A stretch of DNA of 64,000 nucleotides, from positions 122,584 to 186,583 of the forward strand of contig JBEISR010000004.1 of the NCBI GenBank assembly GCA_040375295.1, in the 5' to 3' direction. The DNA is from Planctomycetaceae bacterium. Lineage in GTDB: Bacteria > Planctomycetota > Planctomycetia > Pirellulales > Pirellulaceae. The position numbers and the translations under genes are program-made. Shown piece after piece: positions 1 through 10,747 of the stretch. Every line of letters begins with the position of its first letter. Position 1 is the stretch's first letter. The notes under the pieces are model-generated. The model ran no database searches. It saw nothing but the letters and a program-made list of their open reading frames with translations, and was not told where the DNA came from.

Positions 1-673
1 TGGCTGGCACCACCTCCTCGAGAATGCTCGCGGCACTGGGGAGGAATTCATAGTCTTCCTTCGAACCGCTGGACGCCGTGTCGGTGGATGGTTGGGTGAA
101 TGGAAGCAGCGTCTCGACCACCGCCTGCTGTTTGGAAATGCTTTGGAATCGCGTGTAGGCAACGTCCACGCGATCGATCTGTCCGGTGACAAATCGCTGA
201 ATCAGGTCGTCGGCGATCTTGGAGACAGCATCAAAGGATGGCTGGTCTTCGAACTGAGTGTACGTATTCTCGATGTCGACGCCTCGGAATTTGAGCGCCG
301 CGATGCCTCGCTTGCCGCTGACCTGAAGCGATGATTTGCCAGTCAAGTCGGCCAGTTCCGCTCGTCGCTGCAGCGCGACCCGAACCACCGAACCGTTGTA
401 GCCACCACACAGTCCCCGGTTGCTGGTGAGGACCATCAGTTCGGCACTGGATGGTTTATCACGGACTTCCAGAAGCGGATGGGAGACACTGGCACCGGAC
501 CGAGCCAGATCGCGAACGATCGCAGTGATGCGATCGGTGTAGTCGGTTGCCGCCGCCGCTCGATCCATCGCTTTCTTAAAGCGCGCCGTCGCGATCAGCT
601 CCATGGTCCGCGTGATCTTGCGGATGTTCTTGATCGACTTGCGTCGTTTGTCGAGAGCCCGAAGATTGGCCAT
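1..673 (-). CDS. atpG: F0F1 ATP synthase subunit gamma (partial; C-terminus lies beyond the window start)
   Basis: Absent from the ORF track because it runs off the window. The reverse complement from the ATG at 671-673 reads MANLRALDKRRKSIKNIRKITRTMELIATARFKKAM...LTSNRGLCGGYN, a canonical gamma N-terminus. It sits directly downstream of atpA. Confidence 0.85.
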   Translation of the reverse strand, partial: MANLRALDKRRKSIKNIRKITRTMELIATARFKKAMDRAAAATDYTDRITAIVRDLARSGASVSHPLLEVRDKPSSAELMVLTSNRGLCGGYNGSVVRVALQRRAELADLTGKSSLQVSGKRGIAALKFRGVDIENTYTQFEDQPSFDAVSKIADDLIQRFVTGQIDRVDVAYTRFQSISKQQAVVETLLPFTQPSTDTASSGSKEDYEFLPSAASILEEVVPA

Positions 674-775
674 CTTTCGATCCAGCTATCCGGTTTGGTT
701 GGTGAGGGCGTGGTGGAAGTGGGCCGACCGAACCCAATCGGTCGGCCACTGTCGGTGGCGAGCGGTCGCCTTAGG

Positions 776-2284
776 CTACGCTCGGAATGTCGCCTTGAAG
801 CCGCTGATGGCTCCCTTGATCGCCTCTTCGATTTCCGGTGTCAGGTCGCCGATCTGAACGATCTTCTCGAGCAGTTCCGGAGACCGGTTGCGGACGAAAT
901 CGAGCAGCCCCTGTTCGAACTCGCGAACCTTGGCAACCGGCACGTCATCCAGATGACCACGGGTCCCTGCGTAAATGCTCACTACCTGCTCCGCAACGCT
1001 CATCGGCTGGTACTGCGCTTGCTTCAGCAACTCAACCATCCGATAACCGCGGTCCAAACGAGCTTGGGTGGCAGGGTCCAGTTCGGTACCCAGCTGTGCG
1101 AAGGCCTCCAGTTCACGGAAGGATGCCAAGTCTAGGCGCAAACCACCGGCGACCTTCTTCATCGCCTTGATCTGAGCCGCACCACCGACCCGCGAAACCG
1201 AAATACCAACGTTCATCGCGGGACGAATCCCGGAGAAGAAGAGGTCAGGTTGCAGATAGATCTGTCCGTCGGTGATCGAAATCACGTTGGTGGGAATGTA
1301 CGCGGAGACTTCCCCTTCCAGCGTCTCGATGATGGGGAGGCTAGTAAGCGACCCGCCACCTAGATCCTTCGACAGCTTAGCCGATCGTTCCAGTAGTCGG
1401 CTGTGGCAGTAGAAAACGTCCCCTGGGAACGCTTCACGTCCCGGAGGACGACGCATCAGAAGGCTCAACTGCCGGTACGCTACCGCCTGTTTGCTCAAAT
1501 CGTCATAGACGATCAGCGCATGACCGCCGTTGAACATGAAGTGTTCGGCCATCGCCGTGCCGGCGTAGGGAGCGATGTACTGAAGGGGTGCAGGTTCGCT
1601 AGCGCCCGCTACAATCACGGTCGTGTAGTCCATCGCGCCGTGTTTCTTGAGCGCTTCGATCACCAGAGCGACCGAAGAGTCCTTCTGGCCGACGGCGACG
1701 TAGAAACATTTAACGCCAGTGTTCTTTTGATTGATGATCGCATCGATCGCGACGGCGGTCTTGCCCGTCTTGCGGTCACCGATCACCAGTTCGCGCTGGC
1801 CTCTTCCGATCGGTGTCATCGCATCGATCGCCTTGATCCCCGTCTGCATCGGCTCATGCACCGGATGGCGTTCGGCAACGCCGGTAGCAATCAGTTCGAC
1901 AGGTCGCTTCAAATCGGTGTTGACGGGGCCTTTGCCATCGAGCGGGTTGCCCAGTGGGTCGAGCACCCGGCCGATCACCGCGTCTCCGACGGGAACCGAA
2001 AGAAGTCGGCCCAGCGCCTTGACTTCGTCCCCTTCTTTGATCGAAAGATAATCACCGAGGATGATCACCCCGACGCTTTTTTCTTCGAGATTGAACGCCA
2101 GCCCGGTGACCCCGCTGGGGAACTCCACCATCTCACCGCTCATTACGTTGGAGAGACCGTAGACGCGAGCGATCCCGTCCCCCACCTCCAGCACCGTGCC
2201 GACCTCGCGGACGTCCATCTGGCTTTCAAACTGCTCGATCTCCTTCTGGATGACCGAAGCGATTTCGTCCGAGTTAAACTTCAT
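776..2284 (-). CDS. atpA: F0F1 ATP synthase subunit alpha
   Basis: 502-aa ORF with Walker A GDRKTGKT. The alpha-type N-terminus ([18 protein letters not shown]) and the operon position between delta and gamma agree. Confidence 0.97.
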   Translation of the reverse strand: MKFNSDEIASVIQKEIEQFESQMDVREVGTVLEVGDGIARVYGLSNVMSGEMVEFPSGVTGLAFNLEEKSVGVIILGDYLSIKEGDEVKALGRLLSVPVGDAVIGRVLDPLGNPLDGKGPVNTDLKRPVELIATGVAERHPVHEPMQTGIKAIDAMTPIGRGQRELVIGDRKTGKTAVAIDAIINQKNTGVKCFYVAVGQKDSSVALVIEALKKHGAMDYTTVIVAGASEPAPLQYIAPYAGTAMAEHFMFNGGHALIVYDDLSKQAVAYRQLSLLMRRPPGREAFPGDVFYCHSRLLERSAKLSKDLGGGSLTSLPIIETLEGEVSAYIPTNVISITDGQIYLQPDLFFSGIRPAMNVGISVSRVGGAAQIKAMKKVAGGLRLDLASFRELEAFAQLGTELDPATQARLDRGYRMVELLKQAQYQPMSVAEQVVSIYAGTRGHLDDVPVAKVREFEQGLLDFVRNRSPELLEKIVQIGDLTPEIEEAIKGAISGFKATFRA

Positions 2285-2392
2285 GCCTCACCTCAATCGG
2301 TGCTGACTGACCGAAAATTATGAAATGAAAAAGAATTCTGATGCCATCTATTCTGGTGCGGCTGAGCGATCCTGCTGGAACACCCTGCCGGT

Positions 2393-3007
2393 TCAACGTA
2401 CCAATCGAGACTGCTGTTGCCTGAGCGACTGCTCGGTCTTCTCCATTGCGATTTTCTGGCTGCTACGGAGCCGGCCAACGACGCTGCCGTCCAGAACCGT
2501 GTCGCCATGCCGGATCAATAGGCCTCCAAGGATCGACGGATCGACCCGTTCCTCTAAAACCACCTCGGCCTGAAAGCGATCTTTCAGACCTTTTCGAATC
2601 TGTTCCCTTTGGCCATCCGTCAGCGGCGCAGCCGTGGTGACAGTGACCGCTTGGCGACCCTGAGAGGCATCGAAAATTTTCCGAGTGCTGGCTGCGATAC
2701 TACGAATCGACCCGAAACGTCCGCGTCGACAGACCACCTTGAGGAAGCGTAGTAGTACGTCGTCCACCCTGCCCCGAAGTGCCCGGTCGATCCATTCCAT
2801 CTTGCGTTCCATCGGAACACTTGGACTGACCAGCGCGGCATCGAATGCAGGAAGTTTCGTCAGCACCTCAGCCACCAGCGACTCCAGCTGTTCGACGCCG
2901 GTCCCGGACTTGGAGCCAAGAGCCCCTAAAAGGGCTTTGCCATACATCTCGCCGATCACTTGGTCCTGATCGTCAAAGACGGTTTCGATAGGTTGCGCGT
3001 CCGCCAT
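2393..3007 (-). CDS. atpH: F0F1 ATP synthase subunit delta (OSCP)
   Basis: ORF 2393-3046. I prefer the internal ATG at 3005-3007 (MADAQPIETV...) because a GGAG lies about 9 nt upstream. Size and position between b and alpha fit delta. Confidence 0.8.
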   Translation of the reverse strand: MADAQPIETVFDDQDQVIGEMYGKALLGALGSKSGTGVEQLESLVAEVLTKLPAFDAALVSPSVPMERKMEWIDRALRGRVDDVLLRFLKVVCRRGRFGSIRSIAASTRKIFDASQGRQAVTVTTAAPLTDGQREQIRKGLKDRFQAEVVLEERVDPSILGGLLIRHGDTVLDGSVVGRLRSSQKIAMEKTEQSLRQQQSRLVR

Positions 3008-3156
3008 CGGGTCGACTCCATGGCAACCGATTGAAGCGGTCACCACTGTGATCTAAGGAAATCGATTCGATCGTCAGGGAAATTCCTGACAATCCCGTTC
3101 GATCCACCTTCCTCGAACGCCGTCCGAGCGATCGAGGAGTAGGTAGACAACGCGTT

Positions 3157-3843
3157 TCAATTCGCGCTAGGCAATTTCCGTAGCGCTTCTTGAATCAACT
3201 GCTGATGATCTTCTGCCTTCACTTCGCGTCCCACAATGCTCCGCGCGAGAGAGAAAGCAAGGTCGGTGCTTTTCTTCCCCAACTCGCCAATCGCTGCAAC
3301 CTTCGCCGCATCGATTTCGGCCAAGGCGTTGTCCCGCTGTCGCTGGGCTTCGGCCTGAGCCTCCGAGACAATTCGCTGACCTGATGCCTCCGCATCTTTC
3401 TTGGCTTGAACGAGCATCTCCTGAGCCTGCAGGGCAGCGGCATCGAGTTTCTGCTGGTACTCGGCCAGCTTTCTCTGAGCCTCTTCCGATGCATACTGAG
3501 CGTCACGAATCTGCTTGTCGATCTTCTCTTCCCGGGCGGTGAGAGCCGCTTGGATCTTCTTCCAGGCAGCAAAGTACAGACCCAGCAACAGCAACCCAAA
3601 GACGATCGCCGAAAAGATCGCTTTGTCGGTTCGCCACTCCACAGGAGCCAGCAGTTGGCTGGACGCATGCCCATGCGTCAAATCGACCTCGTGATGACCA
3701 TCGGCTCCGTGGCCCTGCTCGTACATCGCCAACGGCATCGCAACATCGAGAACCGATGCGTGCACCCCGTTGCCAATCAGCACGCCAAGCAAGAGCGACC
3801 AGGCCATCCAGCCCCACCGCACCTTCAACGCTTGCATCATCAT
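3157..3843 (-). CDS. atpF: F0F1 ATP synthase subunit b, with an N-terminal hydrophobic extension
   Basis: ORF 3157-4053. The likely start is MMMQALKVRWGWMAWSLLLGVL at 3843. A TM helix (AIFSAIVFGLLLLGLYFAAW) is followed by a long charged A/E/Q/K-rich helix typical of subunit b. Confidence 0.8.
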   Translation of the reverse strand: MMMQALKVRWGWMAWSLLLGVLIGNGVHASVLDVAMPLAMYEQGHGADGHHEVDLTHGHASSQLLAPVEWRTDKAIFSAIVFGLLLLGLYFAAWKKIQAALTAREEKIDKQIRDAQYASEEAQRKLAEYQQKLDAAALQAQEMLVQAKKDAEASGQRIVSEAQAEAQRQRDNALAEIDAAKVAAIGELGKKSTDLAFSLARSIVGREVKAEDHQQLIQEALRKLPSAN

Positions 3844-4217
3844 GAAGTCCTTGCAGCGGATTCCAAAAGGAAAACCACCCTTCAAATGTCTTTCGCTCAA
3901 TCTCTCTCGACGCAATAACCTACGGACTGCCACCGTTGAATCACGGCCCGAGCAGACGAATGACCATAGCAATCGATCGACTCGGCGTTCCAGATTCCAT
4001 CGATTGCTCGATGACCTCCAAACCTGCCGACAGATGCGATGCAGTTGCCACAAGCCTTTCCGTCCGTTCTCGGAAACAGACCGTCTTGTTCCGGCTTTCC
4101 ACTTGCCAATCGACTGCCGTTGGGAGCAATCGACACCAGATGGACCAAGACCACCACTCTCCCAAAACCGGACCGATCGAATTCAATCGTCCGGAAAGGG
4201 AAGGCAGAATGGTCCGC

Positions 4218-4529
<312 letters not shown>

Positions 4530-4594
4530 CTAGAAAAACAGAAACACCAAATCGTATCCCTTTCACCCGCCTGACGCCAAACAGTCAATATCCA

Positions 4595-5923
4595 TCAATG
4601 ATGATGGATGGCACTGCCGACAAACAACGCCGCCAGGAAGGTGAAAATGTAAGCCTGAAGGAAGGCAACAAACAGTTCCAGAAAACTCAATGCAGTGGTC
4701 CCCAGCAGCGAGATAATCGCCAGTGCCGACCAACTGCCCGAATGCATCGTTAGCGCGTGGGCGCCAAAGGCCATGCCCATGATTCCAAGTAGCACCGAGT
4801 GACCGGCCACCATGTTGGCCAGCAATCGCATCGCCAAAATGAAGTGCTTGATCAAAAGTGAAGCTGCCTCAATCACCCAGAGCAGTGGAACGATGAAGAT
4901 CGCCAAATAAGGAGGAAGGCCTAAGGAAGGGCAGATATTTTTTAGGTATCCCAACAGCCCGAATTGCTTGATCCCTAGGTAAAGCCCGAGCAGAAAAACA
5001 AAGATGGCCAGCGTTCCAGTCGTGCCGATGACGCTGGTGGGGGCTCCTACCCAAGGAATCATTCCGGCCAGGTTGCAGCCGAGAATGAAGGTGAATAGTG
5101 TCCAAAAGAAAGGCATGTATTTGTCGGCATCGTGTTCGCCCATGGCAGGTACAACCACCTGGTTGCGAACGAAGGTAACCATCCCTTCTAGTGCGTTCCA
5201 GAGTTTGCCTTTGGGGGCATCGCCTGACGACATCTTTCCGGCCAACCATCGGAAGAGATAAAAGACCAGAAGAGCCACCGCCAGTTCGATCAGCATGTAG
5301 CGGCTGATGCAGAATCCGGCGCCAGGTTCGTAAGCGTTTTTCAATGTGCCGAAGGGCTGCGGGATGAAGATTTTCCCGTTCAGCGATTTGTTGTAGGCCT
5401 CTATCTTGGCGGCATCCCACTTGGCACCGGGCGACTGCGCCAAGTAGCTGTCGAGTGTTTCCTTGGAATCTGCCGACAACTGGGCCGCTTTCCACTTCTG
5501 CAGTTTGGCTGGATCTTTGTAGATTTCATTGACCCAGGCGAGCGGTTCTTCAGGGTGGTTCGAAAGGTAGACCGAAACGACATCTTTTTCCTGAGGTGCC
5601 TTCTTTTTCGCCCAGGCTTTGGCCCTCACCGTCAATTCGCTATGGTGACGATCCAGCCAAGCGTCCAGCGGCCAAGAACTGTTCGAGTGGTTCTTGTGAG
5701 TCCAAGTCTTCCACTCCTCTTGTGCCTCAGCGATCTGGTCGGCACTAACCCCCAGCTCCTGCAAAGTCTGCTCAAATCGCTTCGACTCCCACTGCTGGTA
5801 GTCGTCGTCCAGTCGAACCATCCACGATGGAAATTCGCTTGCCGACTTGCGGTGGCTTGGCCAAAGAAAGCGAGGGACTTCGAAGTAATAGCTGTCTTTG
5901 ATGTGGAGGATGTCGTCCGCCAT
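4595..5923 (-). CDS. atpB: F0F1 ATP synthase subunit a, with a ~200-aa N-terminal extension
   Basis: 442 aa. The C-terminal ~230 aa form the polytopic a-subunit core, including LAMRLLANMVAGH with the conserved Arg. The N-terminal ~205 aa are hydrophilic. Confidence 0.88.
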   Translation of the reverse strand: MADDILHIKDSYYFEVPRFLWPSHRKSASEFPSWMVRLDDDYQQWESKRFEQTLQELGVSADQIAEAQEEWKTWTHKNHSNSSWPLDAWLDRHHSELTVRAKAWAKKKAPQEKDVVSVYLSNHPEEPLAWVNEIYKDPAKLQKWKAAQLSADSKETLDSYLAQSPGAKWDAAKIEAYNKSLNGKIFIPQPFGTLKNAYEPGAGFCISRYMLIELAVALLVFYLFRWLAGKMSSGDAPKGKLWNALEGMVTFVRNQVVVPAMGEHDADKYMPFFWTLFTFILGCNLAGMIPWVGAPTSVIGTTGTLAIFVFLLGLYLGIKQFGLLGYLKNICPSLGLPPYLAIFIVPLLWVIEAASLLIKHFILAMRLLANMVAGHSVLLGIMGMAFGAHALTMHSGSWSALAIISLLGTTALSFLELFVAFLQAYIFTFLAALFVGSAIHHH

Positions 5924-5932
5924 AAGTCACTG

Positions 5933-6316
5933 CTATTCACGAGTCGGTGGGGGAGAAGATTTCCAAATGCTGAGCCCTGATTCTAATAACAGGAAAGGGA
6001 AATAACAGCCCAGCAAGCATTGGGCGAAAAAATTATCCCCTGGCCATTTCGTCGCACCTGCCAGTAAAAGGACGGCCAGGTACGAACCAAGTCTCCATGC
6101 GACGATCAGCAGCGGTCCGCCGGCTCCCAATCGATTCCAATTGCCCGAGCTGCTGACCAGCAAGGATGGAATCGAAATGGATAGCGCGATACCTGCGGCC
6201 AGCCACCAAGACCGGCGATGCCCATCGCCAGTGATCAGGTGAGTCAAACCGATTCCGATCAGTGGGCTGATCCCTGCCAACAAGATCGCTGCAGCCAGGG
6301 CTTTGGTGAAGTTCAA
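5933..6316 (-). CDS. small polytopic membrane protein, ATP synthase protein I-like
   Basis: 127 aa with 3-4 hydrophobic helices, immediately upstream of atpB in the position atpI usually occupies. The call rests on context and topology only. Confidence 0.5.
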   Translation of the reverse strand: MNFTKALAAAILLAGISPLIGIGLTHLITGDGHRRSWWLAAGIALSISIPSLLVSSSGNWNRLGAGGPLLIVAWRLGSYLAVLLLAGATKWPGDNFFAQCLLGCYFPFLLLESGLSIWKSSPPPTRE

Positions 6317-6426
6317 TATCGGTCTCCCCTAGATCCATCGTGCCTTCTGCCGTTGGAAGCTATCTACCCTTGGCCGATCAGTGGCAGGTGGAGGGACCAG
6401 CCGATCTTTCGGAGATGCCAAAGCCG

Positions 6427-6750
6427 CTAGGGTCGTTCCGATTCCCGATCTGGCTGGGTTGTCTCCAGCGGCTCATCCACCAGTGGTTTTCCCCGCGCAG
6501 GGTGCTGAGCGTGGAACCGCGCAACCAGGACCACCAGTCCAACCATGCCGGCGAGCATCCCTAAAAGGAATCCAGCGGCTGTGAACCAACGAGTCGCCAG
6601 TTGGCGATCGAGCCAGGATCCAAGCATTCCAGGGGCGACCATCACCAGAAGGACCGCCAGGACGCGCGAAACCCAGTCGATAGCACCCGCAGCAGCGATT
6701 CTGGGGCGAGGGGATTTGCTGGAATTCAAATCGTCTTCCGAGACTCTCAT
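6427..6750 (-). CDS. AtpZ/AtpI-family small membrane protein (putative F0F1-ATPase accessory subunit)
   Basis: ORF 6427-6777, with an alternative start MRVSEDDL at 6750. Two TM helices carry an AtpZ-like pattern (VLLVMVAPGMLGSWLDRQL...GFLLGMLAGMVGL). It is the first gene of the atp operon. Confidence 0.55.
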   Translation of the reverse strand: MRVSEDDLNSSKSPRPRIAAAGAIDWVSRVLAVLLVMVAPGMLGSWLDRQLATRWFTAAGFLLGMLAGMVGLVVLVARFHAQHPARGKPLVDEPLETTQPDRESERP

Positions 6751-6780
6751 GCATACCCCTCGAAAGAAAGTGGACAAACG

Positions 6781-6880
6781 AGTCTTTTAATCTTTTCTAA
6801 TCGATTTTTTGTTTCATTCATTTGATAAAAAGTAGTGTACATCTATTTCAAAACTAGGCAATTCTTCATTTGGCAAGCAT
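6781..6880 (-). promoter_or_regulatory. AT-rich island, candidate atp operon promoter region
   Basis: This stretch is the most AT-rich I noticed in the window and lies directly upstream of the atp operon. On the minus strand it reads TTGCCT-N16-TACACT, and TTGAAA-N17-TTATCA is an alternative. There is no experimental support. Confidence 0.3.
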
Positions 6881-7193
6881 ACTGTTTCGGTCAGAATGTC
6901 CGTTCGGCACTTCAGGGGGCCGATGGCACGGGAGACAGATTGGGCGGTTGTTTCAAGAAGACGAATTTGTGGAAATAACGATTTCCGATGCGAATCGATG
7001 CTTCTCGGAGGCGGCTGGATCGAGTCGCCAGAGCGGCTCTTGCTTTGTTGGCTGGCCGTTATGCAGCGACGGTGTTGGGAGCCAGCGGAATCGTCGTCCG
7101 ATAGACAACCTTTGAGTTCCGATCGACCTTCAAGCCCACGACTACCTACCTTCCCCTCTCCACCCTTTCTACCTCATCCGGATTGCTAAGCCT

Positions 7194-8495
7194 ATGGCCA
7201 GCGCCCCGAAGAAAAAAACTTCTGCTCCTGTTCGCAAACCGACCGCTGCTGCCAGTCCCAAGGGCCGTGTGTCCAGGCCGGGCACTAAGCCAGGTACTAA
7301 GGTTGGTGCCTTAAAGCAGGACAAGGGCTCCAAGCCCAGTGCGCAGGCAAAGGGGAGCACGGCCAATGGTGGAAAAAAACCAACCGCCGTCGGGAAGGTG
7401 GCAACCAAGCCGGCAGCTCGCATCAGCGCGCCATCGCCAGCGGCCAAGAAGTCGGCCAAGGTGGTTCCGGCTCCCGTCGTGAAGAAGGTGGTCAGCAAGC
7501 CACAGCCATCAGCGCGTCCCAAGCCATCCAAGCCGACTGTCGAAAAGGTGCCGGTTGTCAAGCCGACCCCGGCGCGTGTTATCAAGAAAATCCGAGATAT
7601 GCAGGCATCCAAAGAGCTGCGAAAAGATTTGGCGCAGCCGATACGCCTACCGGTCCCCAGCGCTCATACAGTCAGCGATTACTCCCCCGATCCCAAAAAG
7701 GATCGGCTCGTTCTGATCGTCCGCGACGCCTACTGGCTTCACGCGTCTTGGGAGGTGACTCGCAGGAGTGTCGAGCGGGCCAAGGCGGCGCTAGCGGACC
7801 ATTGGCATTCGGTTCGTCCGATTTTGAGGCTTTTGAAGGTCGATAACTCCGGTACCACCAACCACTTCGAATCGATCGTTCGGGATATCGAGATCCACGG
7901 AGGAGTGCGCAACTGGTACATCGACGTATCCGACCCGCCCTCGACCTATCGGGTGCTGTTGGGTTACCTGGCCACCGGGGATCGATTTCACGAACTGGCC
8001 AGAAGCAATGTGGTCACGACACCGGTGCCGGGAAGCGATGAAGCGGTCAGTGCGCACTGGGCGGACATCGCCAAGGATGCGGAGCGGATCTTTGCACTCA
8101 GTGGTGGTTACAACGATGAGCGGGAAACGAAGGAACTCCAGGACGTATTCGAAGAGCATTTGAAGCGACCGATGGGTGCGCCGGCTTTGGCTCAATTCGG
8201 CAGCGGGGCAGAGGGCTCCATGCGCCGCCATCGCAATTTTCATTTTGAGCTGGATGCCGAAATGGTCGTCTTCGGCTCCACACACCCCGATGCCTACGTG
8301 ACGCTGGGAGGGGAACCGGTCAAAGTCCGGTCCGATGGTACTTTCAGCGTCCGCGTGCCTCTTCCTGACCGCCGACAGGTTTTGCCTGCCACAGCGTGCA
8401 CCCGGGATGGTGTGGAGGAGCAGACGATCGTGATTGCTGTGGAGCGGAATACGAAGGTCATGGAGCCACTTTCCAAGGAAAATGAGGAATCTTAA
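7194..8495 (+). CDS. DUF4912 domain protein with a Lys/Pro/Ala-rich N-terminal tail
   Basis: 433 aa. Residues 1-135 are a low-complexity K/P/A/S/T region. The C-terminal part begins RLVLIVRDAYWLHASWEV, which I recognise as the DUF4912 start. Confidence 0.65.
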   Translation: MASAPKKKTSAPVRKPTAAASPKGRVSRPGTKPGTKVGALKQDKGSKPSAQAKGSTANGGKKPTAVGKVATKPAARISAPSPAAKKSAKVVPAPVVKKVVSKPQPSARPKPSKPTVEKVPVVKPTPARVIKKIRDMQASKELRKDLAQPIRLPVPSAHTVSDYSPDPKKDRLVLIVRDAYWLHASWEVTRRSVERAKAALADHWHSVRPILRLLKVDNSGTTNHFESIVRDIEIHGGVRNWYIDVSDPPSTYRVLLGYLATGDRFHELARSNVVTTPVPGSDEAVSAHWADIAKDAERIFALSGGYNDERETKELQDVFEEHLKRPMGAPALAQFGSGAEGSMRRHRNFHFELDAEMVVFGSTHPDAYVTLGGEPVKVRSDGTFSVRVPLPDRRQVLPATACTRDGVEEQTIVIAVERNTKVMEPLSKENEES

Positions 8496-8921
8496 GCGGC
8501 AACCCCCCCACTGCCCAGATTTCTTAATTTGCCAAAACGACCGATTTTTTCGGTATCTTGGCGGTTGGGACTGCGCCTTTTCGCTCTAATCATTAGAGAC
8601 GAATTAGTTCACGGTTTGGCGCAGGTGTTTGAGAGACTTCAGGGGGGATAGTGATGCCAGGAAAGCGGATGGGACGGACTTTGCGTTGCGAGGTACTGGA
8701 GAGCCGATCTTTGATGGCGGCGGACTTGGTGACTCACAATTTTCTTCAGCCCCAGCGATCTCCGGCACCCGGAAAAGCAAAAATGTCAAAATGTAGTGAT
8801 TGCGGAGAGTTTTCTTGCGGTGTTTTGCTTGCAATACGCGCATGGGAGGGAGGGAAGCCAGGGTGGGCGAATGCTTCCTGAGGGGGTTTGGGGAAGCGAG
8901 ACCGTCTGCGGGGAGAAGGGT

Positions 8922-9740
8922 TCAGCGGGCGGTCCAGCCACCATCGACCACCAGAAGGCTGCCGGTGGTGAAGCTGGCAGAGCGGCTGGCGAGGTAGATG
9001 GCGGCTCCTTGGATCTCTTCCAGTCTGCCCCAGCGGCCCATGGCGACGGCGCCGATCAGGAATTTCCTGGTATCCTCCGAGTCGGCGATCGGTAGGTTCA
9101 TCTCCGTTAGGAAGGGGCCAGGGCAGATGGCGTTGCAGGTGATCCCATGCTCCGCCAGCTCTAGCGCCAGCGTTCGCGTCATCTGGACGATGGCTCCTTT
9201 GCTACTGGCGTAGGGGGTGCGTCCAGCCAGTCCGACCATTCCCAGAGTGCTAGCAATCTGAATGATCCGTCCATAGCCGTTGGCTTTCATCAATCCCACT
9301 GCAGCACGTGTTGCCAGCCAGGTTCCGGTGACATTGGTTTCCATGACTTGGTGGAACTGATCGAGGGAAAGCGATTCGATGGGACCTCGGATGTTGATCC
9401 CGGCGCTATTGATCAGGATATCCACGCCACCCCATCGCTCGCTGGCCAGATCGACCATTTTCCGGCAGTCCTCTTCTTTGGTCACATCGACCGAGGCAGC
9501 CAGAGTGGGGACGTTGAAGTGGTCGGCGATGGCAGCGGCAGCAGCGGAGGCCTGTTCGACGTGGCGACTGGCGATCATCACGGAGGCACCGCAGCTGGCC
9601 AAGCCTTGCGCCATGGCCAGCCCAAGCCCTTTCGAGCCACCGGTGACGATGGCGCGCTGGCCGGACATGGAGAAGCCGGCGATCCCTGGAAGCTTTTCAA
9701 ATGGTTCAGCACGGCTCTGAGACATCTTGTGCGGCTCCAC
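8922..9740 (-). CDS. SDR family oxidoreductase (gluconate-5-dehydrogenase-like)
   Basis: TGGSKGLG cofactor motif and YASSKGAIVQMTRTLALE catalytic YxxxK. An alternative start is at 9725. Confidence 0.85.
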   Translation of the reverse strand: MEPHKMSQSRAEPFEKLPGIAGFSMSGQRAIVTGGSKGLGLAMAQGLASCGASVMIASRHVEQASAAAAAIADHFNVPTLAASVDVTKEEDCRKMVDLASERWGGVDILINSAGINIRGPIESLSLDQFHQVMETNVTGTWLATRAAVGLMKANGYGRIIQIASTLGMVGLAGRTPYASSKGAIVQMTRTLALELAEHGITCNAICPGPFLTEMNLPIADSEDTRKFLIGAVAMGRWGRLEEIQGAAIYLASRSASFTTGSLLVVDGGWTAR

Positions 9741-9937
9741 CTATTTCTCACCTTCTATCGGCATCGACTCCGCGTTGCCAGCGGTGCATGATGATACCAC
9801 GGCAGGTTGCCCTTCTGGCAATGGCCTAGCGGTACCAGCTGGGGAGCGGTACCAGCTATGGAGCGGGGGTGGATTGGATCGATTCGGCAAGAGTTGCTCA
9901 GACTGAGTTTTCTCGTGGTGGCAAAGGGGGAGCAGCG

Positions 9938-10747
9938 ATGTTTCGCTTGGATGGTCATGTGGCGCTGGTGACTGGATCGACGCAGGGAGTCGGCGCGGCG
10001 ATCGCTCTCCATCTGGCTCGTGCAGGAGCCGGGGTGATCCTGCATGGCCTGCGGGAGGACGAGGCGGCTCGGGAGACGATGGAGCGATGTCGAGCTGAGG
10101 GGGCGACGGTGCATCAGATCACCAGCGATCTATCTGGTCCGACACCCGAAGCGGTCGCCGAGATGATGGGCGCGTTGGATAGGACGGGCATGAGCGTCTC
10201 CCTGCTGGTCAACAATGCGGGGACTTTTCGTGAGCCGCCGTTTTTGGAGATGGAGTACCAGGACTATCAGCATACGATGCGATTGAATGTCGACGCTGGT
10301 TTCTTCCTGACGCAGGCGATTGCCCGTCGCTGGGTGGCTGGGGGGATCCGAGGCCGGGTGCTCTTCACGGGATCGATCAACGGCTTGCTGGCGGAAGCCG
10401 ACCATGCGGCGTATGACACCAGCAAAGGAGCGGTGGCGAGCATGGTTAGAACCTTATGTGTTGCGCTGGCTCCCAGGGGAATTCGAGTCAACGGGGTGGC
10501 ACCTGGCTTGGTGCGAACCCCATTGACCGATCAGATCCTGTCGGTCGATCGAGATGCGATGCGCTGGATGCAACTGCATACTCCCAACGGTCAGGTACCT
10601 GCCGCCGAGGTGGTGGGGCCGGCTGCGGTGTTTTTGATGAGCGACGAGGCGGAGCATGTTCAGGGGCAGATGCTGTTGGTGGACGGCGGGATGAGTGCCT
10701 GGCAGCAGCCGGATCTACCGTCATCTCTACGCGGCCGATGGTCCTGA
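9938..10747 (+). CDS. SDR family oxidoreductase
   Basis: ORF 9869-10747. I prefer the ATG at 9938 (MFRLDGHVALVTGSTQGVGAA) because AAGGGGGA lies upstream. YDTSKGAV supplies the YxxxK motif. Confidence 0.85.
   Translation: MFRLDGHVALVTGSTQGVGAAIALHLARAGAGVILHGLREDEAARETMERCRAEGATVHQITSDLSGPTPEAVAEMMGALDRTGMSVSLLVNNAGTFREPPFLEMEYQDYQHTMRLNVDAGFFLTQAIARRWVAGGIRGRVLFTGSINGLLAEADHAAYDTSKGAVASMVRTLCVALAPRGIRVNGVAPGLVRTPLTDQILSVDRDAMRWMQLHTPNGQVPAAEVVGPAAVFLMSDEAEHVQGQMLLVDGGMSAWQQPDLPSSLRGRWS

Noticed and set aside
8651-8881. 76-aa ORF whose N-terminus (RTLRCEVLESRSLMAADLVTHNFLQPQ) resembles the LE.R.LLA leader found on many large secreted planctomycete proteins
   Set aside because: Only the ~25-aa leader-like motif is present. 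The rest has no domain in any frame, the ORF sits between two convergent genes, and a same-size antisense ORF overlaps it. At best it is a gene fragment. There is not enough evidence to call a CDS.
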